DNA of 55,634 bases from an uncultured Bacilli bacterium (GCA_934215405.1 CAKPZU010000002.1:1-55634), one strand, 5' to 3'; shown: positions 18,807 to 28,781, numbered from the stretch's first letter. Numbers and translations are program-made. The notes: a model not told the origin generated them from the letters alone.

Positions 18807-20894
18807 TTATGTTTTATAAACTATTTGTTTACTTATTTGATTAACTATTTGCTTTTTAACCTCACGTTTAATTCCTCTAGCGCCATATCTTTTTATTTCA
18901 TTGTTATTGATAACATTATTAGTTATAGCTTCATAATCTAAAGGAATGCTTATCTTTTTTTGATATTGTAGTATATAGCTATCTATTAGCTTTTTACATG
19001 TATCTACTGATAATGAATTAAAATAAACAATATCATCAATTCTATTTAAAAACTCTGGTCTAAAGTGCATTTTAATAACGCTATTAATATCATCAAGATG
19101 GTTATTTTCATTGACGTATCCTATTTTATCCTTATGGAATAATTCCTCTGAAAATCCAAGATTACTAGTCATTATAATAATTGAATTAGTAAAATCAATT
19201 TTTCTTTTACTAGCATCCATAAAATAGCCTTCATCAAAAACATTTAAGAAAACATCCATTATATCTCTATTAGCTTTTTCAACCTCATCTAATACAACTA
19301 CGCTATGAGGATTATTTTTCATATGCTCGACTAATAATGATGGCCTTTCAAAGCCTACATATCCTGGAGGCGCTCCAATTAGCTTACTAACACAAGCCGA
19401 ATCATTATACTCTGACATATCAAGCTTAATATATTTATATTTACTACCAAAAAAGCAGTTTGATATTTGCTTGGCCATTTCTGTTTTTCCAACTCCTGTT
19501 GGACCTACAAATAAAAATACCCCAAGTGGTCTATTATCATCATTAATTCCAAGTTCAATATAGCTTAGCTGATCACATATTTCATCTATTGCTTTTTCTT
19601 GACCAAATAAGATACTATTTAGCTTATCCTTTAAGGCTACTACCTTATTATTTAGCTGTATTTTAACATTATAGTTACTTTCTATAACTTCAATAATTGT
19701 TTCTTTATCAAGCTCACTTTTTAAAGAGTTTTTAGCTTTAACACAAGCAATATCTAATATATCAATAGCTTTATCAGGAAAATTTCTATCAAAAACATAA
19801 TGCTTACATAAATAAGTTAATGTCTCTAGTATTTCATCACTAATTTTTATTTTATGGAATTTAATAAAGCTACCTTTAATAGCCTTTAAAATATCATATG
19901 TTTGTAAAAGGCTTGGTTCATTTATTTTTATTACCTGAAATCTTCTTTCTAAGGCTTTTTCTTTTTCAAATAATTTAGTATATTCATCAAATGTTGTAGC
20001 TCCAATGCAGCATATTTCACCTCTTGATAAATAAGGCTTTATAATGTTTGAAGCATCAATTGCTCCTTCTGCTCCACCAGCTCCAATAATATTATGAATC
20101 TCATCAATAAAAAGAATGGCATTTTTATCTTCCTTTACCTTCTTTAAAATCTTTTTTAGTTTTTCTTCAAATTCTCCACGGTATTTAGTTCCAGCAATTA
20201 TTGAAGCAATATCTAATTCATAAATATTTTTATCCTTTAATTGATCACATACTTCGCCTTTATTTATCATACTTGCTAAATATTCAACTAAAGCTGTTTT
20301 TCCAACTCCAGGTTCTCCTAAAATAATAGCATTTTGCTTTTGTTTTCTTAATAAGACTTCTATTAATTGCTTTATTTCATTTTCTCTATGCATTAAAATA
20401 GGTGGATTTTTTAAAGCCTTTTGATTCAAATTAGTTAAATCAAAAATATTATCTAAATCACTAGTTCTTTTTAATTGTTTTTTAATTTCTTGACAAATTT
20501 GATTGATTTTATTTGTCTTTTTACTAAGAATTTCATAGGCTACACAATCATTTAGCTCAAGTAAGGCGATGGATAAAACATCAATAGATACCTTTTCCTC
20601 ATTTCTTTTTTTTGCTATTAAAATAGCATTTTCTAAAATCTTTTTAAATGATAAGGTATATTCCATATAAAATGGTTTACTTGTTTTTTCTCCAAATAGT
20701 TTAATTACTTCTTCTTTTATACTATCAAAATTTATATTTTCTTTTTCAAGTAAAGCCTTTAATTTACAATCCTTTGTCTTTAAAAAAGACAACAATAAAT
20801 GCTCACTTCCAACACTACTTTGCCCTAAATCAAAAGCAATACTTTCAGTTAATGCTATCACCTTTTGAGCTTTGTCATGGAATTTATTTAACAT
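18807..20894 (-). CDS. Clp/Hsp100-family AAA+ ATPase (ClpC-like, two AAA modules, no M-domain)
   Basis: It has a Clp_N repeat region, Walker A motifs GEPGVGKTA and GPTGVGKTE, Walker B motifs LFIDEIH and VVLDEVEKA, and an LGF tripeptide (candidate ClpP-docking loop). At 695 aa it is shorter than canonical ClpC. Confidence 0.85.
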   Translation of the reverse strand: MLNKFHDKAQKVIALTESIAFDLGQSSVGSEHLLLSFLKTKDCKLKALLEKENINFDSIKEEVIKLFGEKTSKPFYMEYTLSFKKILENAILIAKKRNEEKVSIDVLSIALLELNDCVAYEILSKKTNKINQICQEIKKQLKRTSDLDNIFDLTNLNQKALKNPPILMHRENEIKQLIEVLLRKQKQNAIILGEPGVGKTALVEYLASMINKGEVCDQLKDKNIYELDIASIIAGTKYRGEFEEKLKKILKKVKEDKNAILFIDEIHNIIGAGGAEGAIDASNIIKPYLSRGEICCIGATTFDEYTKLFEKEKALERRFQVIKINEPSLLQTYDILKAIKGSFIKFHKIKISDEILETLTYLCKHYVFDRNFPDKAIDILDIACVKAKNSLKSELDKETIIEVIESNYNVKIQLNNKVVALKDKLNSILFGQEKAIDEICDQLSYIELGINDDNRPLGVFLFVGPTGVGKTEMAKQISNCFFGSKYKYIKLDMSEYNDSACVSKLIGAPPGYVGFERPSLLVEHMKNNPHSVVVLDEVEKANRDIMDVFLNVFDEGYFMDASKRKIDFTNSIIIMTSNLGFSEELFHKDKIGYVNENNHLDDINSVIKMHFRPEFLNRIDDIVYFNSLSVDTCKKLIDSYILQYQKKISIPLDYEAITNNVINNNEIKRYGARGIKREVKKQIVNQISKQIVYKT

Positions 20895-21042
20895 TAGATC
20901 ACCAATCCTCTTTATATTTTATTCTTTTTTTCTATTATTTATTATTGGATTGGAAAAAAAATATAAACTTATTTATTTTTTATTCTTACATGTTTTATAT
21001 AATAAATGGATATGTATGATTTTAAGCACTAATTAAAGAAAA

Positions 21043-21072
21043 TTGTGGATTACCACATAAATTTTTAATGAG
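21043..21072. repeat. distal copy of a 30-bp repeat with palindromic core TGTGG-N4-CCACA
   Basis: ttgtggattaccacataaatttttaatgag matches 21261-21290 at 29/30 positions. It lies about 150 bp upstream of the ClpC-like start on the opposite strand. Confidence 0.9.
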
Positions 21073-21217
21073 TTTTTTTAAAAATTTCCTTATAAATATA
21101 TTTAGCTTAAAAAGCATAGAATAATCTTAATTTGCACAAATTAGTAAAAATAATATATCTTCATGATAAATTTCATACTATTTTTTATAATTAAAATTTA
21201 TTTTAATATTATAAATA

Positions 21218-21246
21218 TTGACTTAAATATAAATAACCTATATAAT
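21218..21246 (+). promoter_or_regulatory. sigma-70-type promoter TTGACT-N17-TATAAT for the second DUF4143 ATPase gene
   Basis: ttgact (21218-21223), a 17-nt spacer, then tataat (21241-21246). Confidence 0.6.
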
Positions 21247-21260
21247 ATCATTAAATATAT

Positions 21261-21290
21261 TTGTGGATTGCCACATAAATTTTTAATGAG
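21261..21290. repeat. proximal copy of the 30-bp repeat, located in the 5' UTR
   Basis: ttgtggattgccacataaatttttaatgag starts 15 nt after the -10 and ends at the RBS GAGGTGG. Confidence 0.9.
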
Positions 21291-21298
21291 GTGGATAC

Positions 21299-22630
21299 AT
21301 GAAAATTGAAAGAACAGAACTATTAGAAAAACTTAAAAATGGTATGAAGTCACCATTAATCAAGGTAATAATTGGTGTTAGAAGATGTGGCAAATCTTAT
21401 TTGTTATCTACTATATTTGTTGATTACTTAAAAAGTATTGGTATTAAAGATAAAAATATTATATATATTAAGCTAGATGAATTGCAATTTGCTAAGCTTA
21501 GAAATCCTATTGAATTATCAACATACATAAAAGAAAAATTAATTGTAAATGAAAAGTGTTATGTCATTTTAGATGAAATCCAAGAATGTGTTGATGTAAT
21601 TAACCCTGCACTTTTAGATAAAAATGGAAAGCTGTTAGAAGGCGTTAAAGATGGAAAGCAATGGATAACTTATCATGATGTATTAAATGAATTATTAAAC
21701 AGCCCTATGGTTGATTGCTACGTTACTGGTAGTAATTCTCGTTTGTTATCAAGTGATCTTCCTACAGAGTTTAGAAACAGGAACTACAATATTGAGGTCT
21801 ATCCATTATCATTTAAAGAAATAAAAGAGGCATTTAAAGAAAAAGAATATGATGAAGTATGGGATGATTATGTAACTTATGGAGGTATGCCTCTTGCAGT
21901 TTTAGATGAAGATGAAAAATCACGTCAAAAGTATTTAAAGGATTTGTTTGATGGTACATATTTTAAGGATATAAAAGATAGATACGGCCTAAAAGATGAT
22001 ACAAACATCGATAAAGTAACTGATATTGTCGCATCTTGTATTGGTTCACCACTAAATCCTAGCAAAATAGAAAAAACATTTAAGTCTAATGGAGTTTGTA
22101 GTATCACTGATAATACAATTACTAATTACTTAAAGCATCTTGAAAATTCTTTTTTGATAAAGGAAGCTAAAAGATATGATGTTAAAGGAAGAAAATATAT
22201 TAATACATTAAGTAAGTTTTATTTTTTAGACACAGGTCTTAGAAACGCAAGACTTAACTTTAGGCAAATTGAAGAATCTCATTTAATGGAAAATATCATT
22301 TATGTAGAATTACTTAGAAACGGCTATTTAGTTGATGTTGGCATTGTAACAACATGGAGAAAAGATGAAAATAAAAATAAAAGAGTTGACTATGAAATAG
22401 ATTTTGTAGTCAATAATGGAAATTGTAAATATTACATTCAATCAGCCTTAGAAATGACACTACATGATAAAATTGAGCAAGAAAAAAAATCATTAATTAA
22501 TGCTAATGATAATTTTAAAAAAATTATAATTGTTAAAGGATATAAAAAGCCTCTTTATGACGATAAAGGAATTATAATAATTGGCCTTTATAATTTCCTA
22601 ATGGATTCAAAAATTATTGAAAGAATTTAG
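21299..22630 (+). CDS. AAA+ ATPase of the AAA_14/DUF4143 (COG1373-like) family, paralogue of 15536-16846
   Basis: Walker A GVRRCGKS and Walker B VILDEIQ. The C-terminal segment reads EIDFVVN...YYIQSA. The RBS GAGGTGG lies 5 nt upstream. Confidence 0.8.
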   Translation: MKIERTELLEKLKNGMKSPLIKVIIGVRRCGKSYLLSTIFVDYLKSIGIKDKNIIYIKLDELQFAKLRNPIELSTYIKEKLIVNEKCYVILDEIQECVDVINPALLDKNGKLLEGVKDGKQWITYHDVLNELLNSPMVDCYVTGSNSRLLSSDLPTEFRNRNYNIEVYPLSFKEIKEAFKEKEYDEVWDDYVTYGGMPLAVLDEDEKSRQKYLKDLFDGTYFKDIKDRYGLKDDTNIDKVTDIVASCIGSPLNPSKIEKTFKSNGVCSITDNTITNYLKHLENSFLIKEAKRYDVKGRKYINTLSKFYFLDTGLRNARLNFRQIEESHLMENIIYVELLRNGYLVDVGIVTTWRKDENKNKRVDYEIDFVVNNGNCKYYIQSALEMTLHDKIEQEKKSLINANDNFKKIIIVKGYKKPLYDDKGIIIIGLYNFLMDSKIIERI

Positions 22631-22633
22631 TTA

Positions 22634-22682
22634 AAAAGTGTAACTATAACTAGTTTTAATTTCTAGATATTGTTACACTTTT
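22634..22682. terminator. bidirectional terminator between convergent genes
   Basis: The 11-bp stem aaaagtgtaac (22634-22644) pairs with gttacactttt (22672-22682). A nested ctag...ctag mini-hairpin sits in the loop, and there are T/A runs on both sides. Confidence 0.6.
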
Positions 22683-22684
22683 TA

Positions 22685-23551
22685 TTATTTTATAATTTCA
22701 ATTGTATAAGAAAACTCTTGAGTTTCATTAGGATTTAATGATAATACACCCATTTTATCATGTTTTAAAACAAATTCTTTTTGTATACCATTCCAAGGCT
22801 CTAAGCATACAAAATCAGCTTCTTTTATATTTTTAGACCAAATGGCAAGAATACTAAAATCCTTAAAATGAAAACGAGTTACTCTATCATTTACGCTGCT
22901 ACATAAATCAACATAGCTTGATTTTAGATCTTTTAAAACGATAGCATCTATTTTAAATAAATCATGCTTTAAATTAATAATATCTTCATTATTTAAGCAT
23001 GGCTTATAAACATTTGCTAAATAGCCATCTACTACCTGCATGGCTTCAGCAGTTTCTTTTTTTTCAAACTTTAAATAATATTGTTCATATTCTTCATTAT
23101 TAAATAAAGGAACCCTTAAAGCTGGATGCCCTCCAACCATATAATACATTATTTTATTTGATAGATTTTTTGTTTTAAAGCTAACCTTTAAAGAATTATT
23201 AATTAATTCATATTTAAGTTCAAATTCAAAATTATAAGGATAAATCTTATATGTTTGCTCATTATCAGTTATTTTAAAGGTAATTGAATCATTAAGAACC
23301 TCTATTGGATTAATTTTCATATCCTTAAAGAATCCATGCTTAGGCATATTATAAATCTTATTGTCTACTTCATAAATACCATCTTTTGTTTTTGAAATTT
23401 GTGGAAATAAAACAGGTGATACTTTATTCCATGTTTTTTCGCTAGCATCATGAAGTCTATTAATATTATCCTTATCAATAAGCTTTATAAGCTCAGCTCC
23501 ATTATCACTAATTGTAGCTATTAAGTAATCATTTTTAATTGTATATTCCAT
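22685..23551 (-). CDS. aldose 1-epimerase (galactose mutarotase-like, LacX/YihR type) family protein
   Basis: It has the GGHPAL motif and mutarotase-like beta-sandwich sequence character. The start is placed at MEYTIKN (23551) behind the RBS AAGGAAG. The longer ORF would overlap the upstream gene. Confidence 0.7.
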   Translation of the reverse strand: MEYTIKNDYLIATISDNGAELIKLIDKDNINRLHDASEKTWNKVSPVLFPQISKTKDGIYEVDNKIYNMPKHGFFKDMKINPIEVLNDSITFKITDNEQTYKIYPYNFEFELKYELINNSLKVSFKTKNLSNKIMYYMVGGHPALRVPLFNNEEYEQYYLKFEKKETAEAMQVVDGYLANVYKPCLNNEDIINLKHDLFKIDAIVLKDLKSSYVDLCSSVNDRVTRFHFKDFSILAIWSKNIKEADFVCLEPWNGIQKEFVLKHDKMGVLSLNPNETQEFSYTIEIIK

Positions 23552-23555
23552 AGTT

Positions 23556-23873
23556 TTATCTTCCTTTAGCAATTAAATAAAATACCAAATATAAAATTTC
23601 ACTAACAAATGCTAAAGCAATTAATATAGTTATAAATACTTTGGTTTTCTTTTCTCTTTCCTTATTAGCAAATAAATCATAAACCGATAAAAAAGTATAT
23701 AAAACTGCTACAGAAAAATATAAATAAATAACAATAGGGCTTAAGCCATCAGTAAACTCTTCAACAGCTAATAAGCAAATAGCTGTTATTAATGATAAAA
23801 TTATTATTAATGGTAATACTATATGTGATTTAAACTTAATCACTGCTTTTTTTTCATTATCCATACTTAACAC
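23556..23873 (-). CDS. small integral membrane protein (3 predicted TM helices)
   Basis: 105-aa ORF tightly packed between pmbA-like and epimerase genes, with hydrophobic stretches. Confidence 0.5.
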   Translation of the reverse strand: MLSMDNEKKAVIKFKSHIVLPLIIILSLITAICLLAVEEFTDGLSPIVIYLYFSVAVLYTFLSVYDLFANKEREKKTKVFITILIALAFVSEILYLVFYLIAKGR

Positions 23874-23878
23874 CTCTT

Positions 23879-25186
23879 TTATTTAGCTTTGTTAAATGTT
23901 ATATTATCAAGCAATATACTCTTTGGACCAATAAAATTATTAATTTGTTCACTTTCGTTAAATAATCTTATACTATTAATTGATTTATAGACATTACCAG
24001 AAATTGATCCACCTGTAATCATAGTTTTTTCTTTACTCTTACTATACATATAAGCTAAACGAATTTCACCAGCAAAGTCACCAGTTAATGAATCAATTAT
24101 AAAATCTGAAAGAGATACTATTTCAATATAATTTTCTAAAACTAGCTCTTCATTAGTTAAAGTACCAATATTAACAAAATAATTAGAATATGTACCATAA
24201 ACTGGCTTTTGTAAATATTGGCTTTTAGCATTACTGCCCCATAAATTCTTAACAACACCATTTTCAATACAAACAATCTTCTTTAAAACTATACCTTCTT
24301 TATCAAAAGGCATACTTTTTGTCGAGTTTTTCATTGTTGGTTCTAACTTTAAAGTTATTAAATCAACATTTTCATTATCCTCTTGTAGCTTATAAGAAAC
24401 ATAAAAATCAGACATTCTATTATAAATTGAATCTGTCTTAGCTTTATTAGCTAAATGAATGAAAAAGTCTTTTACATATTCTTTTGTTAATAATACCTTA
24501 TAACCATTTAAAGATGGTGTTGGTATAGCTTTTATTCTATTACTAGCTTCAAGAAGTAATTCATTTGCTTGGCGTTGAATAAAATTAGTATCTAAATGAT
24601 CAAATTCAAAGCATTTATATAATTCTATTTCTTCATTTTTTTCATTCCAAGAGGTAACTAACTCAATAATACCATTTTGATTAGTAAAATGAAAATCATT
24701 ACCATTGCTATCAACAAATCTTACCTCATCAGTATTAATAAATATTTCTGAAGAATTTATATAGCCTTTATCAAATTTATCAGCTTCAAATAAAGCATCT
24801 GCTGCTATAAAAGCTGCATCCTTAATATTTTGACTACCAAAGGCATATTCTTTATTAATTTGCTTAATCGTAGTCTTTTTAGGGAATGTATAAAAATCAT
24901 TTAATGAATATTCACAAATTTTAATTTGTTCTTCAATTTTTTCTTTTATTTCATCTTCACTCATTGAAGAATAAACCTTAAATTTACTATGGCCTATTTT
25001 ATTCTTTTTCTTGTCTTCTTTAAAAGTGAAAATATTTATAGCATATTCCTTTGTCGAGACCTTTCGATTCATATCTAATTCTTGCTTTATAAAAAACAAT
25101 TGATATGATTCCTTTTTGCTTGACATTATATTCCAAGCATATATTTTAGGATTTTCTTTTAAAAGCTCAATAATTTTATCCATCAT
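23879..25186 (-). CDS. PmbA/TldE-type member of the TldD/PmbA metallopeptidase family
   Basis: 435 aa with no HExxxH motif. Its start forms an ATGA overlap with the stop of the TldD-like gene, matching the partner-subunit pattern of TldD/TldE pairs. Confidence 0.7.
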   Translation of the reverse strand: MMDKIIELLKENPKIYAWNIMSSKKESYQLFFIKQELDMNRKVSTKEYAINIFTFKEDKKKNKIGHSKFKVYSSMSEDEIKEKIEEQIKICEYSLNDFYTFPKKTTIKQINKEYAFGSQNIKDAAFIAADALFEADKFDKGYINSSEIFINTDEVRFVDSNGNDFHFTNQNGIIELVTSWNEKNEEIELYKCFEFDHLDTNFIQRQANELLLEASNRIKAIPTPSLNGYKVLLTKEYVKDFFIHLANKAKTDSIYNRMSDFYVSYKLQEDNENVDLITLKLEPTMKNSTKSMPFDKEGIVLKKIVCIENGVVKNLWGSNAKSQYLQKPVYGTYSNYFVNIGTLTNEELVLENYIEIVSLSDFIIDSLTGDFAGEIRLAYMYSKSKEKTMITGGSISGNVYKSINSIRLFNESEQINNFIGPKSILLDNITFNKAK

Positions 25187-26601
25187 CCTATTTTCACCTT
25201 AACTTTCAAATAAGGGCCACCAATTGATGTTTTAACAAATTCCTTATAGCCCTTGCCACAAGCCCCTGAGCCATATAAAGCAAAGTCATTACTAACCATG
25301 CTTACACTATTTAATAAATCAATAACATAGCCTGTAATTATAATTGGTGAAACAATTTTTCCGGTTAGCTTACCATCCTTTATTTCTCTTCCAACTAAAG
25401 CCTGGCATTGGATTCCCCAGTTTTTTGGATCTTCCATTCCACCAAGTGCTACATCAAGTAAAAAGCCATATTGAATAGAAGCTATCATATCCTTAAGATT
25501 ACTATCTTTACTTTCAAAATAAGTAGCTGTCATTCTAGTATATGCCTTTCTTTTAAAGCTTTCTCTTTTTCCATTTCCTGTTGGAAGAATATTTAATCTA
25601 CTAGCTGAAATAGCATCAGCAATTCCAGTTTTTAAAATACCATCTTGTATTTCAACTGTATCATGGGCCAATGTTCCTTCATCGTCAAAGAAATATGATG
25701 AAACATCATCATAAGGAATAGCTCCTTCATGCATTGTTACAAGTGGAGATCCAACCTGTTTATCAATAAATTGCTTGCCTAAAGCTCTATTTTTTACAAA
25801 CATGTCCATTTCAACACCATGTCCAAAGGCTTCATGGGCTATTAAGCCTGTAACATCAGGAGATGTGATACAATCATATTCTCCAGAAATTACATTAGTG
25901 GCATCAAGCAATAAAACGGCCATTTCATTAATACTTTTAATTTTTTTCTTTAGCTTATTTATTGCTTCACATAAAGACATTGCACTTTCAGCACCATAAT
26001 TGAATTTTGTAATATCATCCTTATTTACTATGCAAGTATACTTTGCATCTGCCCAAGCATAAACCTGGCTTAGATCCTTTTTACTTGAAATGAACATTTT
26101 TGATACCTTTAAATATTCAATATTAAATCTAGCTGAAATTATATATTCATTGTCTTCCATTTCATCATTTATTGTCATTTTGCAATCTTTAATAATTTCA
26201 TCTAAGCCAATACCCTCATATTTATCCATTTTAGAAAAATCTTTTTTTATTTCTTCCTCTTCGTATAGCTTAGTTTTAGATTTTTTAACATAAATAGCTT
26301 TATATACTAAATCATTTACATCAAGTGAGGAAATAATTCTACTACAAATATCTTCAACATCATCAATTCTATCAAATGAATATTCAGAAAAAAGTCCATC
26401 ATTAAAAACTCTAACAACAAATCCTCTTTCTTGAAAGTAATTATCATTAATAGCAACACTTTTTTCGCTTACCATTAATTCTTTTCCTTCACAATCAGTT
26501 GCAAGAATTGAAACATATTCAAATTTGTTTTCTAATATTTTTATGATTTTTTTAAATGAGCTATGATTGTGTTTAAGAAATTTTGATATTTCTTTATTCA
26601 T
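25183..26601 (-). CDS. tldD: TldD-type metallopeptidase
   Basis: It has the HEAFGHGVE (HExxxH) zinc motif and a Gly-rich C-terminal segment (GACGKG) typical of TldD. Confidence 0.82.
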   Translation of the reverse strand: MNKEISKFLKHNHSSFKKIIKILENKFEYVSILATDCEGKELMVSEKSVAINDNYFQERGFVVRVFNDGLFSEYSFDRIDDVEDICSRIISSLDVNDLVYKAIYVKKSKTKLYEEEEIKKDFSKMDKYEGIGLDEIIKDCKMTINDEMEDNEYIISARFNIEYLKVSKMFISSKKDLSQVYAWADAKYTCIVNKDDITKFNYGAESAMSLCEAINKLKKKIKSINEMAVLLLDATNVISGEYDCITSPDVTGLIAHEAFGHGVEMDMFVKNRALGKQFIDKQVGSPLVTMHEGAIPYDDVSSYFFDDEGTLAHDTVEIQDGILKTGIADAISASRLNILPTGNGKRESFKRKAYTRMTATYFESKDSNLKDMIASIQYGFLLDVALGGMEDPKNWGIQCQALVGREIKDGKLTGKIVSPIIITGYVIDLLNSVSMVSNDFALYGSGACGKGYKEFVKTSIGGPYLKVKVKIG

Positions 26602-26610
26602 TTACATCAC

Positions 26611-28770
26611 CTATTCTTTTACTTGTTTAAAATGATACATTAATCCGTTGAAATCATAAGGATGACGAGGAAGTAAAATACCAACATTCATTAATTCACT
26701 TCCCATAAATCTTTCTTTAGTTTCAACATTTTCATATATTTTATTAGCATCTAATCCTTTTAATAATAAATAATCAAATTCATTAGTTGCAGCATTTAAA
26801 ATTCTAACATACATTACATATACTTCTTTTTTATTTTTTCTTACAAATGACCAAGCACAATCATTGCCATTAAATGGGCTTCTAAGGCGATAAAAGTCTG
26901 AATCATATATAACCTTTCTTAATGAAGCATATTCTTTAGTTTGCTTCTTTACCATTTCTCTTTCGCTTTCAGAAAGAATTTGTGGATTTAATTCATAGCC
27001 AAAGTTTGCAGACATAGCAACAATTCCACGAGTTTTAAATGGAGTTATTCTTCCTGTTTGATGATTTGGGGTAACAGATACATGTCCTACCATTGATGTT
27101 GGTGGATAAACGATTGATGTTCCATATTGAATGAATAATCTTTCAATAGCATCAGTATCATCGCTTGTCCAAATTTGTGGAGTATAATAAAGCATTGCTG
27201 GATCAAATCTTCCGCCACCACCTGAACAGCCTTCTATCATAATATTTGGATATTTAGTAGTAATTGTTTCTAAGACATAATATAAACCTAAAACATATTT
27301 ATGAGCTAATTGCTTATTATATGCTTCAGTAATATTTCTATTAAAGTCCCATTTAATATAAGAAATATTTGAATTATCAATTATATTACTTAATGAGTTA
27401 ATAATATAATCACAAACATCCCTTCTTGATAAATCTAAAACTAACTGACATCTTGAATAAATATGATCTCTTCCTTCAATTTTAATGGCATAATCTGGAT
27501 GAGCACGATATAAATCAGAATCAACTGATATCATTTCTGGTTCAAACCATAGGCCTAATTTCATATTATTATTTTTACAAATTTCACTTATTCTTTCAAG
27601 GCCATTTGGAAGCTTATTTGTATCAACAACCCAGTCTCCTAATGATGATTCATCATTATTTCTCTTCTTAAACCAGCCATCATCTAAAACAAACATTTCA
27701 ATTCCAAGTCCTTTAGCTGAGCTAATTAATTTTTCAAGCTTTTCTTCATTAAAATCAAAATATGTTGCTTCCCAGTTGTTAACAACAATTGGATGATGAT
27801 AATGCTTCTTTAATAAGCATTCATTATATAAACTATGATATTGAAGTGACATTCCATTTAATCCTGTATTTGAATAAACCATAACAACCTCTGGTGTAGC
27901 AAATGTATCATTGCTATATAAAGGCCATGAAAAGTCAAATGAGCTTATACCCATTTGGATTCTCGTAGTATTTCTTTGGTCAACCTCAATTGTTCCTTCA
28001 TAATTTCCAGAATAAACAAGATTAAAGCCATAAACCTCTCCAAAGTCTTCTGTAGCATCCTTTCTACATAATGCCATAAAAGGATTTAGCATATGCGATG
28101 AACTACATCTTCTTGATTCAATCTTACTAATTCCATGCCTTAATGGTGTAATTTCTATATGCCTTTCCTCACAATGTGTTCCCTTTAACTCTAAAAAATT
28201 AAATTTGTTATCTCTTAAATCTAATGAGCATGACATAGCTTTAGTAATATTAATTTTTTGATTACCCAAGTTTTTAATAACACAATGTCTTGTTAAAACA
28301 TTACGATCTCCATAAACATTATAATATAAATCAACCTCAACATTTGTTAATTCATCCTTTAATGTTATTTTTAATGAATCACAGCTTTCATCATCAAGAA
28401 GAGATGGCATTCCTTCAATTTTTGGCTTTTCTGCTAATATTTCATATGATTTAAATCTTAAATCTACTATTCTAGAGCCATTTTCTTGTTCAACCATAAT
28501 AGCTGGTATTCTAAAATCACCATAGCCAAATGATGGATATTCCTGTGGTAATGTATCTAAGCTAACACTTCTATTATAAAAATATTCATTTGGTGATGGT
28601 GAAAATCCTAACTCACGAGTAACCTGTAATCTTTCAGGGTGTAAAATTTCTGTTTTCTTACCATAATAAAGAGTTGTTAAAAATCTATTATCATAAATTC
28701 CAATTAAATAAGTAAAATCTTTACCATCTAATTGAAAAACATTACTTTTAACATGAAATATAACTGACAT
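26611..28770 (-). CDS. alpha-galactosidase, glycoside hydrolase family 36
   Basis: It has the GH36 signatures YIKWDFNRN, EGCSGGGGRFD and WTSDDTDAIER at the usual spacing. Confidence 0.9.
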   Translation of the reverse strand: MSVIFHVKSNVFQLDGKDFTYLIGIYDNRFLTTLYYGKKTEILHPERLQVTRELGFSPSPNEYFYNRSVSLDTLPQEYPSFGYGDFRIPAIMVEQENGSRIVDLRFKSYEILAEKPKIEGMPSLLDDESCDSLKITLKDELTNVEVDLYYNVYGDRNVLTRHCVIKNLGNQKINITKAMSCSLDLRDNKFNFLELKGTHCEERHIEITPLRHGISKIESRRCSSSHMLNPFMALCRKDATEDFGEVYGFNLVYSGNYEGTIEVDQRNTTRIQMGISSFDFSWPLYSNDTFATPEVVMVYSNTGLNGMSLQYHSLYNECLLKKHYHHPIVVNNWEATYFDFNEEKLEKLISSAKGLGIEMFVLDDGWFKKRNNDESSLGDWVVDTNKLPNGLERISEICKNNNMKLGLWFEPEMISVDSDLYRAHPDYAIKIEGRDHIYSRCQLVLDLSRRDVCDYIINSLSNIIDNSNISYIKWDFNRNITEAYNKQLAHKYVLGLYYVLETITTKYPNIMIEGCSGGGGRFDPAMLYYTPQIWTSDDTDAIERLFIQYGTSIVYPPTSMVGHVSVTPNHQTGRITPFKTRGIVAMSANFGYELNPQILSESEREMVKKQTKEYASLRKVIYDSDFYRLRSPFNGNDCAWSFVRKNKKEVYVMYVRILNAATNEFDYLLLKGLDANKIYENVETKERFMGSELMNVGILLPRHPYDFNGLMYHFKQVKE

Positions 28771-28781
28771 TTTGTTTTCTC

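Noticed and set aside
20774-21019. 81-aa plus-strand ORF spanning the 5' end of the ClpC-like gene and the intergenic region.
   Set aside because: It is antisense to the Clp N-terminus for half its length. It has no RBS and a low-complexity product.
20895-21042. A CtsR box (tandem GGTCAAA heptads) upstream of the ClpC-like gene.
   Set aside because: The motif is absent on both strands.
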